From positions 91,090-155,089 of the forward strand of contig JAFGEO010000062.1 in the NCBI GenBank assembly GCA_016931575.1: a stretch of 64,000 nt of DNA. The letters run 5' to 3'. Position 1 is the stretch's first letter. Each line of letters starts with the position of its first letter. The position numbers and the translations under genes are program-made. The DNA comes from Bacteroidales bacterium. GTDB taxonomy: Bacteria; Bacteroidota; Bacteroidia; Bacteroidales; UBA10428. Of this stretch, positions 49,744 through 60,849 are shown piece by piece. The notes below the pieces were generated by a model. That model made no database searches, was not told where the DNA came from, and saw only the letters and a program-made list of their open reading frames with translations.

Positions 49744-51519
49744 ATGAATAGCAGTAAGTTTTTGGGGCGTTTTATTATTTGGAGAGACCTGCACCTGAGT
49801 CCACGACAATTGGTATATATCCTGAGTTTCGTTATAGGTATTATCAGTGGGCTGGCGGCGGTTGTGCTTAAGAATGCGGTGCACTATACCCATGATTTTC
49901 TACTTGATCGGGTTCATGCTGACAAGCTGAGCTTCCTCTACCTGTTCTTCCCTTTAATCGGGATCATCCTGACGGTGCTGTTTGTGAGGATCTTCATTAA
50001 GGATAAGATCGGCCATGGCATCAGCCGCATACTCTTTGCCATATCTAAGAAAAACGGGCAGATCCGGCCCCATAACAATTATTCATCCCTGATCGCCAGT
50101 ATCTTCACCGTAGGATTTGGGGGGTCTGTAGGTCTTGAGGCACCCATCGTGCTGACAGGTTCGTCCATGGGCTCCACCTTTGGGCGAATTTTCCGGATGA
50201 ACTACAAAACAACGATCATCCTGATCGGCTGTGGTGCTGCGGGGGCTATTGCCGGAATTTTCAAGGCACCGATTGCAGCGGTTATTTTCGGGCTTGAAGT
50301 GCTGATGCTCGACCTTACCCTCTGGTCGATCATTCCGCTCCTGATCAGTGCTGTCTCCGGTTTGACCATCTCCTACTTTTTCCTCGGAAAAGCGGAGATC
50401 TTCAGTTTTGAACTGGCAGAACAGTTCCAGCTTGCCCGCATTCCTTACTACATTCTGCTGGGTGTTTTCTGTGGGCTGGTATCCTTCTATTTTACCCGGG
50501 GGACTTTATACATTGAAGGGCTCTTTGACAAGATGCAGAACCGCTATTTAAAGCCCCTGATCGGGGGGCTTCTGCTTGGGGGCATTGTTCTGTTGTTGCC
50601 ACCCCTTTACGGCGAGGGCTATAATACGCTGGATGCCTTGCTCAATGGGAATACTGCTGAAATAACCAGGGGTAGTTTATTTTACGGATTGCAGGATAAT
50701 TTCTTGATTCTCAGTGTATTTCTTCTTTTGATCCTGATTTTTAAAGTGGCAGCCACCTCCATCACCAACGGGGCAGGGGGTGTCGGAGGGATTTTTGCAC
50801 CTACCCTCTTCATGGGTGGCATAGCAGGGTACTTTACGGCCCGGCTGGTAAACCTGTTCCACTTTGCAGAGGTTTCGGAGCGGAATTTTTCCCTGGTTGG
50901 AATGGCCGGGATGATGGCCGGCGTGATGCATGCCCCCCTGACAGCCATTTTCCTCATCGCTGAAATAACAGGGGGCTATGGATTGCTCCTGCCCCTGATT
51001 GTTACTTCGACCATCGCGTTTATCACCATCATGTATTTCGAACCGCATTCCATCTACCACATACGGCTGGCTCAACGCGGTGAGCTGATCACCCACCACA
51101 AGGACAAAGCGGTGCTTACCCTGATTGAAATGGAGAAAGTGATCGAGAAGGATTTTGTTCAGGTGGAACCCAATGATACTCTTGAATCGTTGGTGCACGC
51201 TATTTCCCGTTCGAAGCGGAACATGTTCCCCGTGATCGCCAAGGATATGCTTGTGGGAATTGTCCTGCTCGACGATATCCGGCATATTATTTTCAATACG
51301 GATATGTATCAAACTACCTATGTCCGTGACCTGATGATCCTGCCTCCAACCCATGTTTCGCCCAATGAACCCATGGAGGAGGTAATGAAGAAATTTGATA
51401 AGACCGGGAGCTGGAACCTGCCGGTGATCAAAAACGGGAAATACATCGGCTTTTTATCAAAGTCAAAGCTGTTTTCGGTTTACCGCAAATGGCTGATTGA
51501 TATTGCGGCGGATGACTAA
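49744..51519 (+). CDS. ClC-family chloride channel/antiporter with CBS pair (tandem paralogue)
   Basis: 591 aa. GGSVGLEAP, GIFAPT and HAPLTAIFLIAEITG motifs. Starts 12 nt after the previous stop. Confidence 0.85.
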   Translation: MNSSKFLGRFIIWRDLHLSPRQLVYILSFVIGIISGLAAVVLKNAVHYTHDFLLDRVHADKLSFLYLFFPLIGIILTVLFVRIFIKDKIGHGISRILFAISKKNGQIRPHNNYSSLIASIFTVGFGGSVGLEAPIVLTGSSMGSTFGRIFRMNYKTTIILIGCGAAGAIAGIFKAPIAAVIFGLEVLMLDLTLWSIIPLLISAVSGLTISYFFLGKAEIFSFELAEQFQLARIPYYILLGVFCGLVSFYFTRGTLYIEGLFDKMQNRYLKPLIGGLLLGGIVLLLPPLYGEGYNTLDALLNGNTAEITRGSLFYGLQDNFLILSVFLLLILIFKVAATSITNGAGGVGGIFAPTLFMGGIAGYFTARLVNLFHFAEVSERNFSLVGMAGMMAGVMHAPLTAIFLIAEITGGYGLLLPLIVTSTIAFITIMYFEPHSIYHIRLAQRGELITHHKDKAVLTLIEMEKVIEKDFVQVEPNDTLESLVHAISRSKRNMFPVIAKDMLVGIVLLDDIRHIIFNTDMYQTTYVRDLMILPPTHVSPNEPMEEVMKKFDKTGSWNLPVIKNGKYIGFLSKSKLFSVYRKWLIDIAADD

Positions 51520-51647
51520 TTTGAGTCACAAGTCATGCCTTGCAGGTTACAAGCAAGGTGAGACCAGCGACCAGCGACTTTTTCAAATAATATTTCAGCA
51601 ACTGCAGCTAAAAGTGTATTTTAGCAGCTTACTTTTCGAAACACTTC

Positions 51648-52934
51648 ATGAACATGGACAGAGATACTAAAATCTTCGAGTTAATCAAACAGGAAAATGA
51701 GCGACAACTACATGGTATTGAGTTGATTGCATCAGAGAATTTTGTAAGTAAGCAGGTCATGGAAGCTATGGGTTCATGCCTGACCAATAAATATGCCGAA
51801 GGACTTCCGGGCAAACGTTATTATGGAGGGTGCCAGGTAGTTGATGAAGTTGAGACCCTCGCCATTGAGCGTGCAAAGCAGCTTTTCGGAGCCTGCTGGG
51901 CAAATGTCCAGCCCCACTCCGGGGCACAGGCTAATGCTGCTGTTATGCTGGCCTGTCTGGATGCAGGGGATACCTTCCTGGGGCTTGACCTATCCCATGG
52001 CGGCCACCTTACCCATGGTTCATTTGTAAACTATTCCGGGATACTTTATCATCCTGTGGCCTATAAGCTGGTTGAGGAAACCGGTCGGGTCGACTACGAT
52101 ATGATGGAGACACTGGCCAAAAAGGAGAAACCCAAGATGATCATTGCCGGGGCGTCGGCTTATTCCCGTGACTGGGATTATGCGCGCATGCGGGCGATAG
52201 CCGATTCTGTCGGTGCCATTCTGATGGCCGACATTTCACATCCTGCCGGACTGATTGCCACTAAGTTGTTGAACAATCCATTCCCACACTGCCATATTGT
52301 GACCACAACCACCCATAAGACCCTTCGCGGCCCACGTGGCGGAATGATCCTTGTTGCGGAAGATTTCGAAAATCCCTGGGGCAAAAAGACCCCTAAGGGA
52401 GAAACCAAAACGATTACCCAGCTTCTTGACAGTGCTGTCTTCCCGGGAATACAGGGTGGACCGCTGGAACACGTCATTGCTGCCAAGGCGGTTGCATTCG
52501 GTGAGGCTTTAACGAACGATTACAAAGAGTACATGAAGCAGGTACAGCAGAATGCGGAGGTGATGGCCGAGTCCTTTATTGCCAAGGGCTATCATATCGT
52601 ATCAAACGGAACCGACAACCACTCCATGCTGATCGACCTGCGGAGCAAGGCGCCTGATGTAAGTGGCAAGTTGCTGGAGAATACCCTGGTGAAAGCGGAT
52701 ATCACGGTCAATAAGAACATGGTTCCTTTTGACAGCCGTTCTCCCTTCCAGACTTCGGGAATCAGGGTTGGAACGCCAGCAATTACCACACGGGGTGTTA
52801 AGGAAGATGTCATCATGAAGATCGTTGATTTCATTGATGAAGTAGTTTGCAATGTGGAGGATGAAGCAACGCTGGCATCTGTTCGCATGCGGGTGAATGA
52901 GCTGATGAGTGATTATCCTCTTTTTGCTTATTAA
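51648..52934 (+). CDS. glyA: serine hydroxymethyltransferase
   Basis: 428 aa. [23 protein letters not shown] (PLP Lys) and [14 protein letters not shown]. Confidence 0.95.
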   Translation: MNMDRDTKIFELIKQENERQLHGIELIASENFVSKQVMEAMGSCLTNKYAEGLPGKRYYGGCQVVDEVETLAIERAKQLFGACWANVQPHSGAQANAAVMLACLDAGDTFLGLDLSHGGHLTHGSFVNYSGILYHPVAYKLVEETGRVDYDMMETLAKKEKPKMIIAGASAYSRDWDYARMRAIADSVGAILMADISHPAGLIATKLLNNPFPHCHIVTTTTHKTLRGPRGGMILVAEDFENPWGKKTPKGETKTITQLLDSAVFPGIQGGPLEHVIAAKAVAFGEALTNDYKEYMKQVQQNAEVMAESFIAKGYHIVSNGTDNHSMLIDLRSKAPDVSGKLLENTLVKADITVNKNMVPFDSRSPFQTSGIRVGTPAITTRGVKEDVIMKIVDFIDEVVCNVEDEATLASVRMRVNELMSDYPLFAY

Positions 52935-52964
52935 GAAAGAAAACACTTTTCATAACACATGATA

Positions 52965-52993
52965 AAAAGCCCCGGATTCCCGGGGCTTTTTTT
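52965..52993 (+). terminator. Rho-independent terminator of glyA
   Basis: AAAAAGCCCCGG-AT-TCCCGGGGCTTTTTTT: a near-perfect stem plus a T-run. Confidence 0.8.
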
Positions 52994-53146
52994 ATCCGAT
53001 CATAAGACAATCTTTCTAGGTGTATCTTCAGCTGTTATTCATCTATCGTTTTGAGCCATCCATCAATAACATTTTGAAATTCATTGGATTATCCAGTAAT
53101 TTTCATCTTTGGAACTTAAGCGAAATTTAATCTAACCCTACACAAA

Positions 53147-56100
53147 ATGAAAAGTAAACCTCTTAAGAAAGCAGGAGGTTATTTGATGATTTGGCTCCTG
53201 CTATTTGTTAGTTTTGCCACCTTAACCGGGCAGGACTTTGACCTCTCCTCACGGCCTAAAATGCCTGATGAGGATAAGAAAATCTCTACTAATTCTATGA
53301 TCCCTGTTGTTGAGAAACAGGATGAAGTTAGCCGGACAGCATCATTTAATGATGAGCCCCTGAGCGGACCGGTTCCTGAGAGCCTTATGATTCCGGGCGA
53401 AGGAAGGATTACCGGAGTCACTAAAATTGCTATCCCCATAACTGGTAACAGCACTGATGAAATCCAACTGTTAACCCCGGTGGATGAGCCTCCCGTACCT
53501 GCAAAATCCACCGGAACGCTCAGTTATGCTAATGATGGAAACTATACCATCCCGACTTCAAACTATATAACAACCGTATTCACATGTTCGGAAACCCTTC
53601 CGGAAGGTGCTGTTGTTACCGGTTTTATGTATTCTGTCCGGATCGATGATAACGGTGATGAGAATGATTTCTATCCTTATGACTATGAGATCTATCTTTC
53701 TTCAGAAACGCACTTTAGTGCAAGCGGCTATTATTACTTGCGTATTTTTGATAATCCCGGAAGCACAGGTTCACATACGGATGATGGCTGTGATGATGAT
53801 GTCGGCAACGATACCGATATAAATCTTGTGCAGCGTACTACAAGTGCTTTCAATGGTGAAGATGCCACGGAATGGTTCAGTGTGAGATTTGTTGATAATT
53901 TCGGAGCCACTAGCGGAAACGGGATTCTGGACTGGGTTTATGTTTGGGTCTCCTGGGAAGCCCCGGATCCGAACCTGATAGCGAATTATACCCCGACAAA
54001 CTGGGATGGGCCTATTGTTGTTTCTGATGCGACTGGTACTAATACCGATGCTGAAGCATTCTATACCGGTGTGACCTACTACATTGATTTTGCAATTATA
54101 AACCGCGATCAGGATATTGATGAATCCTTTACGGATGAGTTATGGGTAGATGGAATGTATCAGAATCACTGGACCTATTCCGGCCTGAACAAGAATTATT
54201 ACTATGCTGTCCTGGATCAGCCAAAAGTATTTTCAACGGCAGGTGAACACTACGTTGCGACCTGGGCTGACAGCTATGATGTTATCGATGAATCCAATGA
54301 AAGTGATAATATCATGTATAAGTATTTTGATGTATATGGTCCGCCAGCTGCACCAACACTTTCTTTGCCCGGGAATGGATCTGCCTGTAAGGGTTCTGTT
54401 GTTGGATTTGACTGGGATGAACCGGAAGGCACAGTTTCCTATCGGCTGCTTGTTGATGATGACCCCGGATGGGGTAGTCCGTTAATGGACCTGGCAGGTA
54501 TCACCAGCAGCTTTTACACAAAGAGTGGTTTCCTTCCAGGGACAACCTATTACTGGGCTGTTCAGGGAACTAATCCTGCAGGCAACTCATCCTGGTCGTC
54601 CGTAAATCATTTTTCCACGGCACCGGTCATACTTCCATCACCGGATCTTATGTCCCCTGCTGATGAGGCAAGCTGTCAATCTCTGACACCAACCCTTGAA
54701 TGGTATGGCGTTTCCGGGGCAGAAAGCTACGCATTCCAGGTAGATGATAACTCAGATTTTAGCAGTCCGCTTTATGATTATGACGGCATTGGATCGACTG
54801 TATTTTCGATCAGTGGTTTATCCTTAGGCACTACCTATTACTGGAGGGCCGCAGCAAAAAATTCCTGTGGCAGACCCTCCGAATGGTCTGACACCTATGA
54901 GTTCACCACCCTGTGGTATCCGGCGGCTCCCGTTCTGAGTGGTCCTGCTGACGAGGCAGCCTGTCAGGCGACCTCCCTTTCCCTCAGCTGGGGATCTGTC
55001 AGCGGCGCATCGGGCTATCATCTGGTTGTCGACAACAATTCGGATCTGGGCAGTCCGGAGATTAACGAAGTCGCTGTTGCCGGCACAAGCTATGCGCTGA
55101 GCGGGCTTTCCGGCGGTTCTACTTACTACTGGACTGTTCGGGCAACTAACTCTTGTGGTGTTAACGGTGACTGGGCCACATCGCGTGAGTTTTATACCAC
55201 CATGGCTGCCCCGTCTGCTGTTACACTGAGTGCTCCTGCCGACGGGTCAACATGTCAGGCTGTACCTCCTTCCTTATCCTGGGCTGCAGCCACTCACGCA
55301 GATCATTACATCCTGCAGGTGGATAACAATGACAACTTTAGCAGTCCTGAATACTATAAGGACGATGTCAGCGGCACTTCGCAATCTGTTACAGGTTTAT
55401 CGGAAGGAACCACCTACTACTGGCGGTCAAAAGCCGTAAACGGATGTGGTACGGAAGGTCCCTGGTCGTCTGTGAATGATTTCACCACAACCATCAGTTC
55501 TGTCGCTATCCCTGCCCCTGCTTCTCCCGTTGATGAAGCAACTTGTCAGGCACTGAATACTACCCTTTCCTGGGCAAGTGCCAGCAATGCAGTAAGCTAT
55601 GCTCTCCAGCTTGATGATAACGCTGATTTCAGCAGTCCTCTTGTGGATCAGAGTGTTGCAGGTACCAGCTATAATTGCAGCGGATTGTCAGAGACTACGG
55701 AATATTTCTGGAGGGTTAAAGGAGTAGGGAGTTGCAGTATGGAAAGTGACTGGACCACCAGCCGCAGTTTTCAAACCGGATCTGCCGGTCTGGATGCCCC
55801 GGAACTCAGCAGTCCCGCTGACATGAGCGGTGATCAGTCCCTGTCCCTGACCCTGAGCTGGGATGCAGTTGGGGATGCCACCGTCTACCAGGTCCAGCTT
55901 GACGACAATGAAGACTTTAGTTCCCCCTTGCTGGATGAACAGCTGAGCGGAACGAGCATTGAAGCCAGTGGCCTTGCCGAGGAGACAAGTTATTACTGGC
56001 ATGTTCAGGCTGCAGCAGCATGCGCTTCAAGCGACTGGTCAGCAACATGGGAATTTGAAACCCTGGGTGGAGAAGACCCCCCCGATGCCATAGAAGTAAC

Positions 56101-56368
56101 AGAAGGTCTTGGATATTCCCTGAAACAGAACCAGCCTAACCCATTCACAGAATCGAGCTGTATTGAGTTCAGCATTCCTGTGGATGCCGGGGTTACTTTT
56201 GAGGTTGTCAGTATGGAAGGTAAATTGATCTTCAGCAGAACACAATTCTACCAGACAGGTAAACATATGTTTGTTCTCCGGGCAGGCCAGCTACCGGCTT
56301 CAGGAGTTTATATTTACCGAATGAAAACAAATGATTTTGTGGATACACGATTGTGTATTGTACGTTAA
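53147..56368 (+). CDS. large T9SS-secreted adhesin-like protein (CARDB-like region + six FN3-like repeats + type A sorting domain)
   Basis: 1073 aa with a signal peptide. NLIANYTPTNWDG..YYIDFAIINRDQD..ESNESDN is CARDB-like. Six ~93-aa repeats. C-terminus LKQNQPNPFTESSCIEFSI..GVYIYRMK. Confidence 0.8.
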   Translation: MKSKPLKKAGGYLMIWLLLFVSFATLTGQDFDLSSRPKMPDEDKKISTNSMIPVVEKQDEVSRTASFNDEPLSGPVPESLMIPGEGRITGVTKIAIPITGNSTDEIQLLTPVDEPPVPAKSTGTLSYANDGNYTIPTSNYITTVFTCSETLPEGAVVTGFMYSVRIDDNGDENDFYPYDYEIYLSSETHFSASGYYYLRIFDNPGSTGSHTDDGCDDDVGNDTDINLVQRTTSAFNGEDATEWFSVRFVDNFGATSGNGILDWVYVWVSWEAPDPNLIANYTPTNWDGPIVVSDATGTNTDAEAFYTGVTYYIDFAIINRDQDIDESFTDELWVDGMYQNHWTYSGLNKNYYYAVLDQPKVFSTAGEHYVATWADSYDVIDESNESDNIMYKYFDVYGPPAAPTLSLPGNGSACKGSVVGFDWDEPEGTVSYRLLVDDDPGWGSPLMDLAGITSSFYTKSGFLPGTTYYWAVQGTNPAGNSSWSSVNHFSTAPVILPSPDLMSPADEASCQSLTPTLEWYGVSGAESYAFQVDDNSDFSSPLYDYDGIGSTVFSISGLSLGTTYYWRAAAKNSCGRPSEWSDTYEFTTLWYPAAPVLSGPADEAACQATSLSLSWGSVSGASGYHLVVDNNSDLGSPEINEVAVAGTSYALSGLSGGSTYYWTVRATNSCGVNGDWATSREFYTTMAAPSAVTLSAPADGSTCQAVPPSLSWAAATHADHYILQVDNNDNFSSPEYYKDDVSGTSQSVTGLSEGTTYYWRSKAVNGCGTEGPWSSVNDFTTTISSVAIPAPASPVDEATCQALNTTLSWASASNAVSYALQLDDNADFSSPLVDQSVAGTSYNCSGLSETTEYFWRVKGVGSCSMESDWTTSRSFQTGSAGLDAPELSSPADMSGDQSLSLTLSWDAVGDATVYQVQLDDNEDFSSPLLDEQLSGTSIEASGLAEETSYYWHVQAAAACASSDWSATWEFETLGGEDPPDAIEVTEGLGYSLKQNQPNPFTESSCIEFSIPVDAGVTFEVVSMEGKLIFSRTQFYQTGKHMFVLRAGQLPASGVYIYRMKTNDFVDTRLCIVR
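54344..56062 (+). repeat. six tandem ~280-bp coding repeats (FN3-like modules)
   Basis: Protein-level consensus L(S)xPADEAxCQxxxxxLSW.....A..Y.LQVDDNxDFSSPL......GTS....GL...T.YYWR..A.NxCG....WS....F.T. Diverged at the DNA level. Confidence 0.75.
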
Positions 56369-56387
56369 TTGTAATTGAGATTGAAAA

Positions 56388-56415
56388 AAGAGGCTGTCTT
56401 TTTGGGCAGCCTCTT
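56388..56415 (-). terminator. terminator hairpin between convergent T9SS cargo genes
   Basis: AAGAGGCTG-loop-CAGCCTCTT. On the minus strand it is followed by TTTTTT. Confidence 0.65.
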
Positions 56416-56438
56416 CACCTAATCAAAACAAATACCAA

Positions 56439-58550
56439 TTAATATACTGTAAAAAGAACTGAAAGAACCTCGGATCCTATTTCCAGGCTCAGGTTGTAAA
56501 GCCCGGGATTCAAGCCGCTAACCAGTTCCGTAATATCCAACATATTGTCGCCATTTCGAATATCAATATCCAGTAAACCAAGCACCTGGCCGGCCAGGTT
56601 TGTGATCATGATCCTGCCAGGTTTCAGCTCGGGACAGGTATATTCGAAACTTACCAGAACAGCATCATCGAGATTACCTCCCAGGACTTTCAGGTTGGTG
56701 CAATAGCTATTGGAGTTTTGTGAAAATCTATTATCAACCTTCAATACTTCCAGTGCAGTCAAGAATCCGGAATCGTACGCACCATCGTCATACCCCTGGT
56801 AACTGGTGAAGGGACTTATCACGCCATAGCTGATACTCAGGTTGATAATTTCTTCCTTTAAAGGATCTGCCATGGAAGGAGCGTACTGATTTTTATAGTA
56901 TTCTGCCAGCAGCGTTTCAATCTTCTGCTTCGCCCATAATTTCATCAGGAAAAGGTATTCTTCCCGGTATTCCGAAGCGAGATTCGGATTGTAGCTATAT
57001 TCCACGTCGATGCCAAAGGCCTTCCCGGCAAGTGTTGCAACAGATTCAGCGCTTTCGGAATAGCGCCCGGAAACGATCATTTGCTGTCCTATGTACAGGT
57101 TCGGGAGCTGGCCCGGGTAGATTTCCGTAACGATATCAGGTGAAAATGTCATGCTGGTCTGAAGCAATACCGGGTTATTGATCAGCAGGAAGTACTCAGT
57201 GATTATAGATTCAAGTTCACTGTCGGCCAGGAATTCGCTCAGGCCGTAATTGTCATAGGAGATGGTTCTCAGGAGCCGCTCATTGGTACTGCTGCCAATA
57301 CCGAAGGAGAACAGGTTGATGTTCGTCTCGCTGTTTACAATAAGCTGATCGATGTGTTCAATCAGTTGATCAGTATCCGTTATTCCCGAGGTTTGCTCCC
57401 CATCGGTCAGAAAAATAATGATGTTGGCCGTATTCTCGCTGGCTGCCGAGAACTGAGGCACCGCCTTGTCGAAGGCCCCCGAAATATTGGTACTTCCTTC
57501 GGCTTGCAGCGAGGAAATGTACGCCAGGGCATCATTCTGGTTTGTGGTGGTATTCAGAACATGTTGTGATCTGAAGCCGGTAATGTCGCTGCTGAATGAA
57601 ATGATATTGAAATAGTCGTTATCATTAAGGTTGTTCACAATAAAGCGGGCAGCATCGCGGGCATCAATAATCTTCTGTCCCGTCATGCTCCCTGAACGGT
57701 CGATGATCAGGGTGAAATATTTTGAGATTATCTGGTTTTCGGGTTGTGGTTCAGGTTCCACAATAAACGTAAAGAAACCGTTACCGTATTCATCGGGTAC
57801 CAGGCTGTCGGGCATGAAGCTGCTTAAACAAAACAGCCCAAGTTCATCTGCGGAGAGTTCATAGAACATGGAAATATTCTCATAGAACTTCTTCTCGTCG
57901 AAGCTGAAATCAATCAGGGCGGAGTCAGTGTAATTTTCAACAACTATTTCCCCTGATGAAGGCGACAGCAGGCTTATACTATTAATGCCGCGCTGGGAAT
58001 AAATGGCAAGGTGGAAATTGCAGTCCTGGTATTCGTCTTCCAGCAGGGTGTTTATATCAAAAGGAAGGAGATAGCTTACCTGTCCGAGTTTGTAGGGCAG
58101 CAGTTCCACAAAGGTCAGCTCGACCAGCAATGAATCATTCGCGGGCACAGCTGTTTCTATATCATAGATGAGCGGGGTATTCCCAAGGTAGATGCCCAGG
58201 TCCGATGGGACGGATGTCCCGGAGCCTCCGTCATTCAGACTGTCCTGCGGTTCGGCAGCAATAGCAGCTTCGTACCATGTGCCATTCACCCGGTAACGCA
58301 AGCTCGTGGCGCTGGCTGTTTCCGGCAGGGGAAAGGCATAACGGGGTGAAATGCTATCACCACTTGTATTCAGAAAAAGTTGGGAGATCGTAGTGACAGA
58401 AACCTGGTCGGTCACCCTGACATTTACCTTACTTTCAAGAATATCGAGGAAGGTATCAGTTGCGGAATCTTTGAAGGCGATTCCATTTCCCTTGACCTGC
58501 CACATGCTAACCAGTGCCAGGAAAGAGAGAGCAAAGCATAGTTTTTTCAT
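56439..58550 (-). CDS. VIT + von Willebrand factor A domain protein with T9SS type A sorting domain
   Basis: 703 aa with a signal peptide. VIT-like N-terminus (VNVRVTDQVSVTTISQLF..YAFPLP). vWA MIDAS motif LIIDRSGSMTG. C-terminus ITNLAGQVL..GLYNLSLEIGSEVLSVLFTVY. Confidence 0.8.
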   Translation of the reverse strand: MKKLCFALSFLALVSMWQVKGNGIAFKDSATDTFLDILESKVNVRVTDQVSVTTISQLFLNTSGDSISPRYAFPLPETASATSLRYRVNGTWYEAAIAAEPQDSLNDGGSGTSVPSDLGIYLGNTPLIYDIETAVPANDSLLVELTFVELLPYKLGQVSYLLPFDINTLLEDEYQDCNFHLAIYSQRGINSISLLSPSSGEIVVENYTDSALIDFSFDEKKFYENISMFYELSADELGLFCLSSFMPDSLVPDEYGNGFFTFIVEPEPQPENQIISKYFTLIIDRSGSMTGQKIIDARDAARFIVNNLNDNDYFNIISFSSDITGFRSQHVLNTTTNQNDALAYISSLQAEGSTNISGAFDKAVPQFSAASENTANIIIFLTDGEQTSGITDTDQLIEHIDQLIVNSETNINLFSFGIGSSTNERLLRTISYDNYGLSEFLADSELESIITEYFLLINNPVLLQTSMTFSPDIVTEIYPGQLPNLYIGQQMIVSGRYSESAESVATLAGKAFGIDVEYSYNPNLASEYREEYLFLMKLWAKQKIETLLAEYYKNQYAPSMADPLKEEIINLSISYGVISPFTSYQGYDDGAYDSGFLTALEVLKVDNRFSQNSNSYCTNLKVLGGNLDDAVLVSFEYTCPELKPGRIMITNLAGQVLGLLDIDIRNGDNMLDITELVSGLNPGLYNLSLEIGSEVLSVLFTVY

Positions 58551-59309
58551 AGTGATTTGGGTTTATGGCTAGAAAGAATGCACTCAATTAACCGGGTTCA
58601 ATCTACAGATGGAATATGGGCTCAAAACGTTGCTTTTACGTGCGATAAAAAAATATCTCTCAACTATAAATAGTACGAATAGCCGTTCCGTGAAACAGAT
58701 TTGGAATAGCTGGTAACCGCTGGTGTACTATAAAATAGGAATTCGCTTTGTTTTCATGCCGTTTGATGATTTTTTTGAGGATATGGTACCGTCTTTGCTT
58801 CGATTCAGGACAGTGCCTTGATGACGTTAGGATATTTACAGATAGCAAACGTCTGATTTTAATACACTTAATTTTCTTTGGCTGAAAAGAGGCAAAGGAG
58901 TGGAAAATCCGGCATTAAATCACCAGAAAAAAACAAATGTAAAATATTGAATAACAGCACTTAAGATGGATCAAAAGTTGCGCAATCGCAGGGAATTGTT
59001 AAATACCTTTGTACGCCTGTCAAAATAATCGGATAAAATAATATATTTGTGCCGAAAGTTTTTGTTGTTGACAGGCATGTAGTATCATGTTTACACAAAA
59101 CCGAATCTCAGACAGTGAAACCATCTCCGGCACCTTCAGTGGTGTATATTCATCTTCAACTTTGCGCATGGCACAGGACATTCTCTTTCATTATTTCCAG
59201 TTTCATCAAAACAGAGCTGTTAGTGTGCAACGATCGGTGTGGGGTGATGCCTTGAATACTGAGTATGTAGTTATCCAATCCATTTTAGTAGTAACCTAAA
59301 TCTATAGAC

Positions 59310-60848
59310 ATGCAATTGGTGGAGTCTGTAATCAGGAAGGCCATTATAAAAAAGGGACGCCGGATCAGTAAAAAGTCCCGGAGTTCGATCGAGCAGTTCA
59401 TCACCTTGACCAAACTCCTGCAGAAGGCCAGACATACTGCCTTTGGCAGGCATTATAATTTTCAATCGATCCTGAATGACAGGGACATTTTCAAGGCCTT
59501 TCAACAGGCGGTCCCCGTATTTGATTATGAAAAACTCTACCAGGAATGGTGGCACAGGCTCCTGAAGGGTGAACAAGATATTACCTGGCCGGGGAAGGTT
59601 AAATACTTCGGACTGACCTCCGGGACATCCAACGATGCCAGCAAGCGTGTACCTGTGACGCATGATATGAAGAGGGCCATGCAAAAGACCGGGACCCGAC
59701 AGTTATTTGTACTTGCGGGTCTGGATCTTCCGCCAAATTTTCTTCAAAAGAAGATTCTGATGCTGGGTGGCTGTACTGATCTGGTGCAGGTTGAGGATTA
59801 TTTTGAAGGTGATCTGAGCGGCATTCTTGCTGGTCGACTTCCTATCTGGTTTGCAAAAAAATACAAACCCGGGAAGCAGATATCCAGGGTAAAAGACTGG
59901 AATGAAAAGCTGAATGAAATTGTCAGACAGGCTCCTGACTGGGATATCGGAGGCATTGCGGGTGTTCCTGCCTGGGTGCAAATGCTGATTGAGCGCATCA
60001 TTGATCACTACGGACTGGAAACCATTCACGATATTTGGCCAAACTTCTGTGTATATTCACATGGAGGGGTCAGCTTCGAACCTTACCGAAAGACTTTTGA
60101 TAAGCTGCTGTCCCGGAAGGTATACTTCCTGGAGACCTACCTGGCATCTGAGGGATTCCTGGCTTACCAGGCTGATCAGGATGTGGACATGCACCTGGTA
60201 TTGGATAATGGGATTTTCTTCGAATTTGTTCCTTTTACCGGGGATAATTTTGACAGCAACGGTAATATCAGGGAAGGTGCAGAAGCATTGCTCCTGACCG
60301 AGGTGTCCGAGAATACGGATTATGCCTTATTGATCAGCACTGTAAGCGGTGCATGGCGCTATCTGATTGGCGATACCATCCGCTTTACCTCCCTGGAAAG
60401 AAATGAGATTATCATTACCGGACGCACCAAGCATTTTCTTAGTCTCTGCGGCGAGCACCTCTCAGTCGATAATATGAATAAGGCTGTTGAAATGGTTGCT
60501 GATGAGCTGAATATTGATATTAAAGAGTTTACAGTTGCCGGAATCCCCTATGAAGGTTTTTTTGCTCACAAATGGTACCTCGGAGTCGGTGATACTTCCA
60601 ATATTGAAGCAGAGCTTGTCAGTCAGAAAATTGACGATGCCCTTAAAGTTTTAAATGATGATTATGCCGTGGAGCGCAGAGCTGCGCTTAAGCGGGTAAT
60701 CGTTGAAATGGTGCCTCACCGGTACTTTTATGAATGGATGGACCGAAGAGGGAAAGCAGGCGGGCAGCATAAATTCCCAAGGGTGCTGAAAAATCATCAC
60801 GAAGACTGGGAAGCTTTCCTGGATATGGTTCAAAAGCAGGGGGTATAG
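59310..60848 (+). CDS. GH3-family (acyl-acid amido synthetase-like) adenylating enzyme
   Basis: 512 aa. FGLTSGTSNDASKRVPVT, YLASEGF and RYLIGDTIRFT match the order of the GH3 auxin-responsive-promoter family. Confidence 0.75.
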   Translation: MQLVESVIRKAIIKKGRRISKKSRSSIEQFITLTKLLQKARHTAFGRHYNFQSILNDRDIFKAFQQAVPVFDYEKLYQEWWHRLLKGEQDITWPGKVKYFGLTSGTSNDASKRVPVTHDMKRAMQKTGTRQLFVLAGLDLPPNFLQKKILMLGGCTDLVQVEDYFEGDLSGILAGRLPIWFAKKYKPGKQISRVKDWNEKLNEIVRQAPDWDIGGIAGVPAWVQMLIERIIDHYGLETIHDIWPNFCVYSHGGVSFEPYRKTFDKLLSRKVYFLETYLASEGFLAYQADQDVDMHLVLDNGIFFEFVPFTGDNFDSNGNIREGAEALLLTEVSENTDYALLISTVSGAWRYLIGDTIRFTSLERNEIIITGRTKHFLSLCGEHLSVDNMNKAVEMVADELNIDIKEFTVAGIPYEGFFAHKWYLGVGDTSNIEAELVSQKIDDALKVLNDDYAVERRAALKRVIVEMVPHRYFYEWMDRRGKAGGQHKFPRVLKNHHEDWEAFLDMVQKQGV

Positions 60849-60849
60849 A

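Noticed and set aside
58551-59309. 760-nt gene-free region between the VIT-vWA and GH3 genes, with three 60-70-aa ORFs
   Set aside because: The ORFs overlap one another, lack motifs and have odd composition. A TAtaTTTG promoter-like motif is present, but nothing else is definable. It is left unannotated.
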